From positions 40,233 to 104,232 of the forward strand of contig NIVC01003318.1 of NCBI GenBank assembly GCA_002269645.1: DNA of 64,000 nt, in the 5' to 3' direction. Under the pieces are notes generated by a model that saw nothing but the letters and a program-made list of their open reading frames with translations, had not been told where the DNA came from and did no database searches. Source of the DNA: Macrostomum lignano (Eukaryota). Below are positions 62,214-64,000 of the stretch, piece after piece. Both the position numbers and the translations under genes were made by a program. Position 1 is the first letter of the stretch. Each line of letters opens with the position of its first letter.

Positions 62214-63509
62214 TCAAGCAGTTGTAGTGACGATGTCCGCGGCTGCAGCCGGCGTGTTGACGCTGCGCAGAGCCACCGTCTCGTCCTGTTGCCGTGTTGG
62301 CTGGCGACCGCACTGGCGACCGCACAGTTCCGTGACTCGATCCAGCTTGACTAGGCGCGATAGATCCTGGCGAAACTTGCGATTCGAGATGCTGTAGATG
62401 AATATATTGATGAAGCTGTCAAATAGTGTGGCAAACTTCGACATGTGGACGATGATGGCGTCGATATTTCTGTCGGTATGCGGTCCTCGAGGATTTTGCT
62501 GACAAACAAAGGAAATTCCAGACGAGAAAGGTGACGCACAGTCGATCACAAGCAGATTGCCTCTTGAGGCCTGCTGCTCCGCTGCAGACTGCTGCTGCTG
62601 GCCCCCGTGACTCGCCGATATTGTTGCCGGGTTTGCTTTCTGCTTCTTCAAAGCTTGCTTTAGCCGCCTGTGCCTGCGCAGGCCAAGCATGATGCAGCAG
62701 CTGAAGATGCAGACGTCAGGATGGGCCCGCCAGTCTGGAACACCAGCAGAGTGGCGATCTGGTAGGCAACTTTAAACCCGCTGTAGTGCTGCCTGCGAAG
62801 TCGGATCCAGCGAGTCGAGCGAATAGATCGCAGCGTTGCGATCGCAGGCGACGCAGCTGAAGTGGATGACCGCGCAGGGAGATCAGGAAAGAAGCGGCCA
62901 CAACTGCACAATGATGGCGTGGACCCTAGCCACACTAGTGAAGACTTCACTGGGTTCATAGCTCGGCACACCGCCTCGTAGCGAAACGTCGAGATGACCA
63001 CGATAATCCAGTTGCGAGCAATATGGAAGCAAGTCTGCAACACAATCAACAGGTTGATGGCCAGACAAAAGAAGATGCTTGGTCCAAGCCGGGGAATGAG
63101 ATGGCCGAGCTAAACAGGCAATACTCAGTGATGTGGTACATCAGGAAGAAAAATGAAATAATATCTCAATTAGTGACAGCGACTTCAGCAACAGAACCAA
63201 ATGCGCTGCGTAGAGCCGCTCCACGCTCCTGCTTCCTGAAATAATAACGAAAGCGTGTTGTTGACTATGTTCAGTGCGTTAACGATGCAGAACAATGTCG
63301 AATAGGGACGGATGCTGTTGGCGAAATAACAGTTTCCGCTGCTGAACTCGGAGCAGAAATCCTTGGTGCCAAGGCAGAGCAGCGGGTTGAGCCAGCCGGG
63401 CCAGAAAAGCCAGCTGTGCCGGCTCTGCAGTGAGGACTGGTTGCCCGAGCAATAGCGGCGCTTGAGTTGCAGGTGGTCCCTGGCTGATATTCAGAACTGG
63501 GCACGCCAT
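62214..63509 (-). pseudogene. Intronless class A GPCR interrupted by multiple 1-nt frameshifts (pseudogene or unpolished assembly)
   Basis: Pieces in different frames: TM1 FCIVNALNIVNNTL, TM2 LVLLLKSLSLIE, TM3 CFHIARNWIIVVISTFRYEAVC, TM4 VVAASFLISL, TM5 YQIATLLVFQTGGPIL, TM7/H8 SFINIFIYSISNRKFRQDL. Confidence 0.75.
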
Positions 63510-64000
63510 GCAGCTGTTTTTTTGTCTTGGTCATTGATGAAGATTCGAACCGGTCACTTGTCAAGCACTGGCTGTAGCAGATATCCAACTTTTTATAGAC
63601 ATCCGCTCCGTTTCCCTCTGGCCAATTTATCACACGCAATCGATGCTTTGGCTCAACGTCCGCGCCCGTCAATAGGATTGAGCGGAATGAGCCGTTCAGC
63701 CAATGGCGATTGACGGCCTAGCCCTAAGCTCCAATTGCCTGCGCTTTGCTAGTTTCGAAGCCATATGTAGCTCGAAGATAGGTTAATTTTACTATACTAC
63801 TAATAGTAGTGTTTGGCGCGATATAACTATTATTAACCCTGATCAAAATATTTATTGCAACTACGACAATATCTACGTTATCTACGACAAATACAATTTT
63901 TTATGAGTACATTCTACATTGAATACATCAATGCATTGATATCAGAGTGCGCAGGCGGAGACCTGAAAGTAGAGCATGAATAACTCGCTCAGACTCAATT

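Overview
Eukaryotic (animal) genomic DNA with GT-AG spliced genes, GC-rich exons, TTAGGG repeats and many mini/microsatellites. The style suggests an invertebrate such as a free-living flatworm, but that is inference only. Genes: an intronless 432-aa orphan with a degenerate Penelope-type GIY-YIG domain (-, 2340-3638) plus a downstream paralog fragment; an intronless class A GPCR (+, 7404-8615); a 13-exon TRPA1 (+, 11734-30941); a 5-exon ELOVL6-like elongase (-, 34013-36037); a PTB-domain adaptor (+, ~44174-50958); and a second GPCR broken by many 1-nt frameshifts (-, ~62214-63509). Mobile DNA: non-autonomous Helitrons (including a head-to-tail trimer in a TRPA1 intron, several carrying telomeric repeats), a PIF/Harbinger-like element, a nested solo LTR, two tRNA-derived SINE families, MITEs and LINE remnants. 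The most striking signal is a 183-bp inverted repeat (1976-2158 / 2224-2406) at the 3' end of the GIY-YIG gene. All 12 arm mismatches are G:U wobbles on the gene's own strand. Resolving them as ancestral A:U pairs restores the conserved Tyr-Val of the YIG motif. This points to a hairpin-RNA locus shaped by A-to-G (ADAR-like) change or by wobble-tolerant selection. There is also a clear local signature of CpG-methylation decay in some gene bodies.
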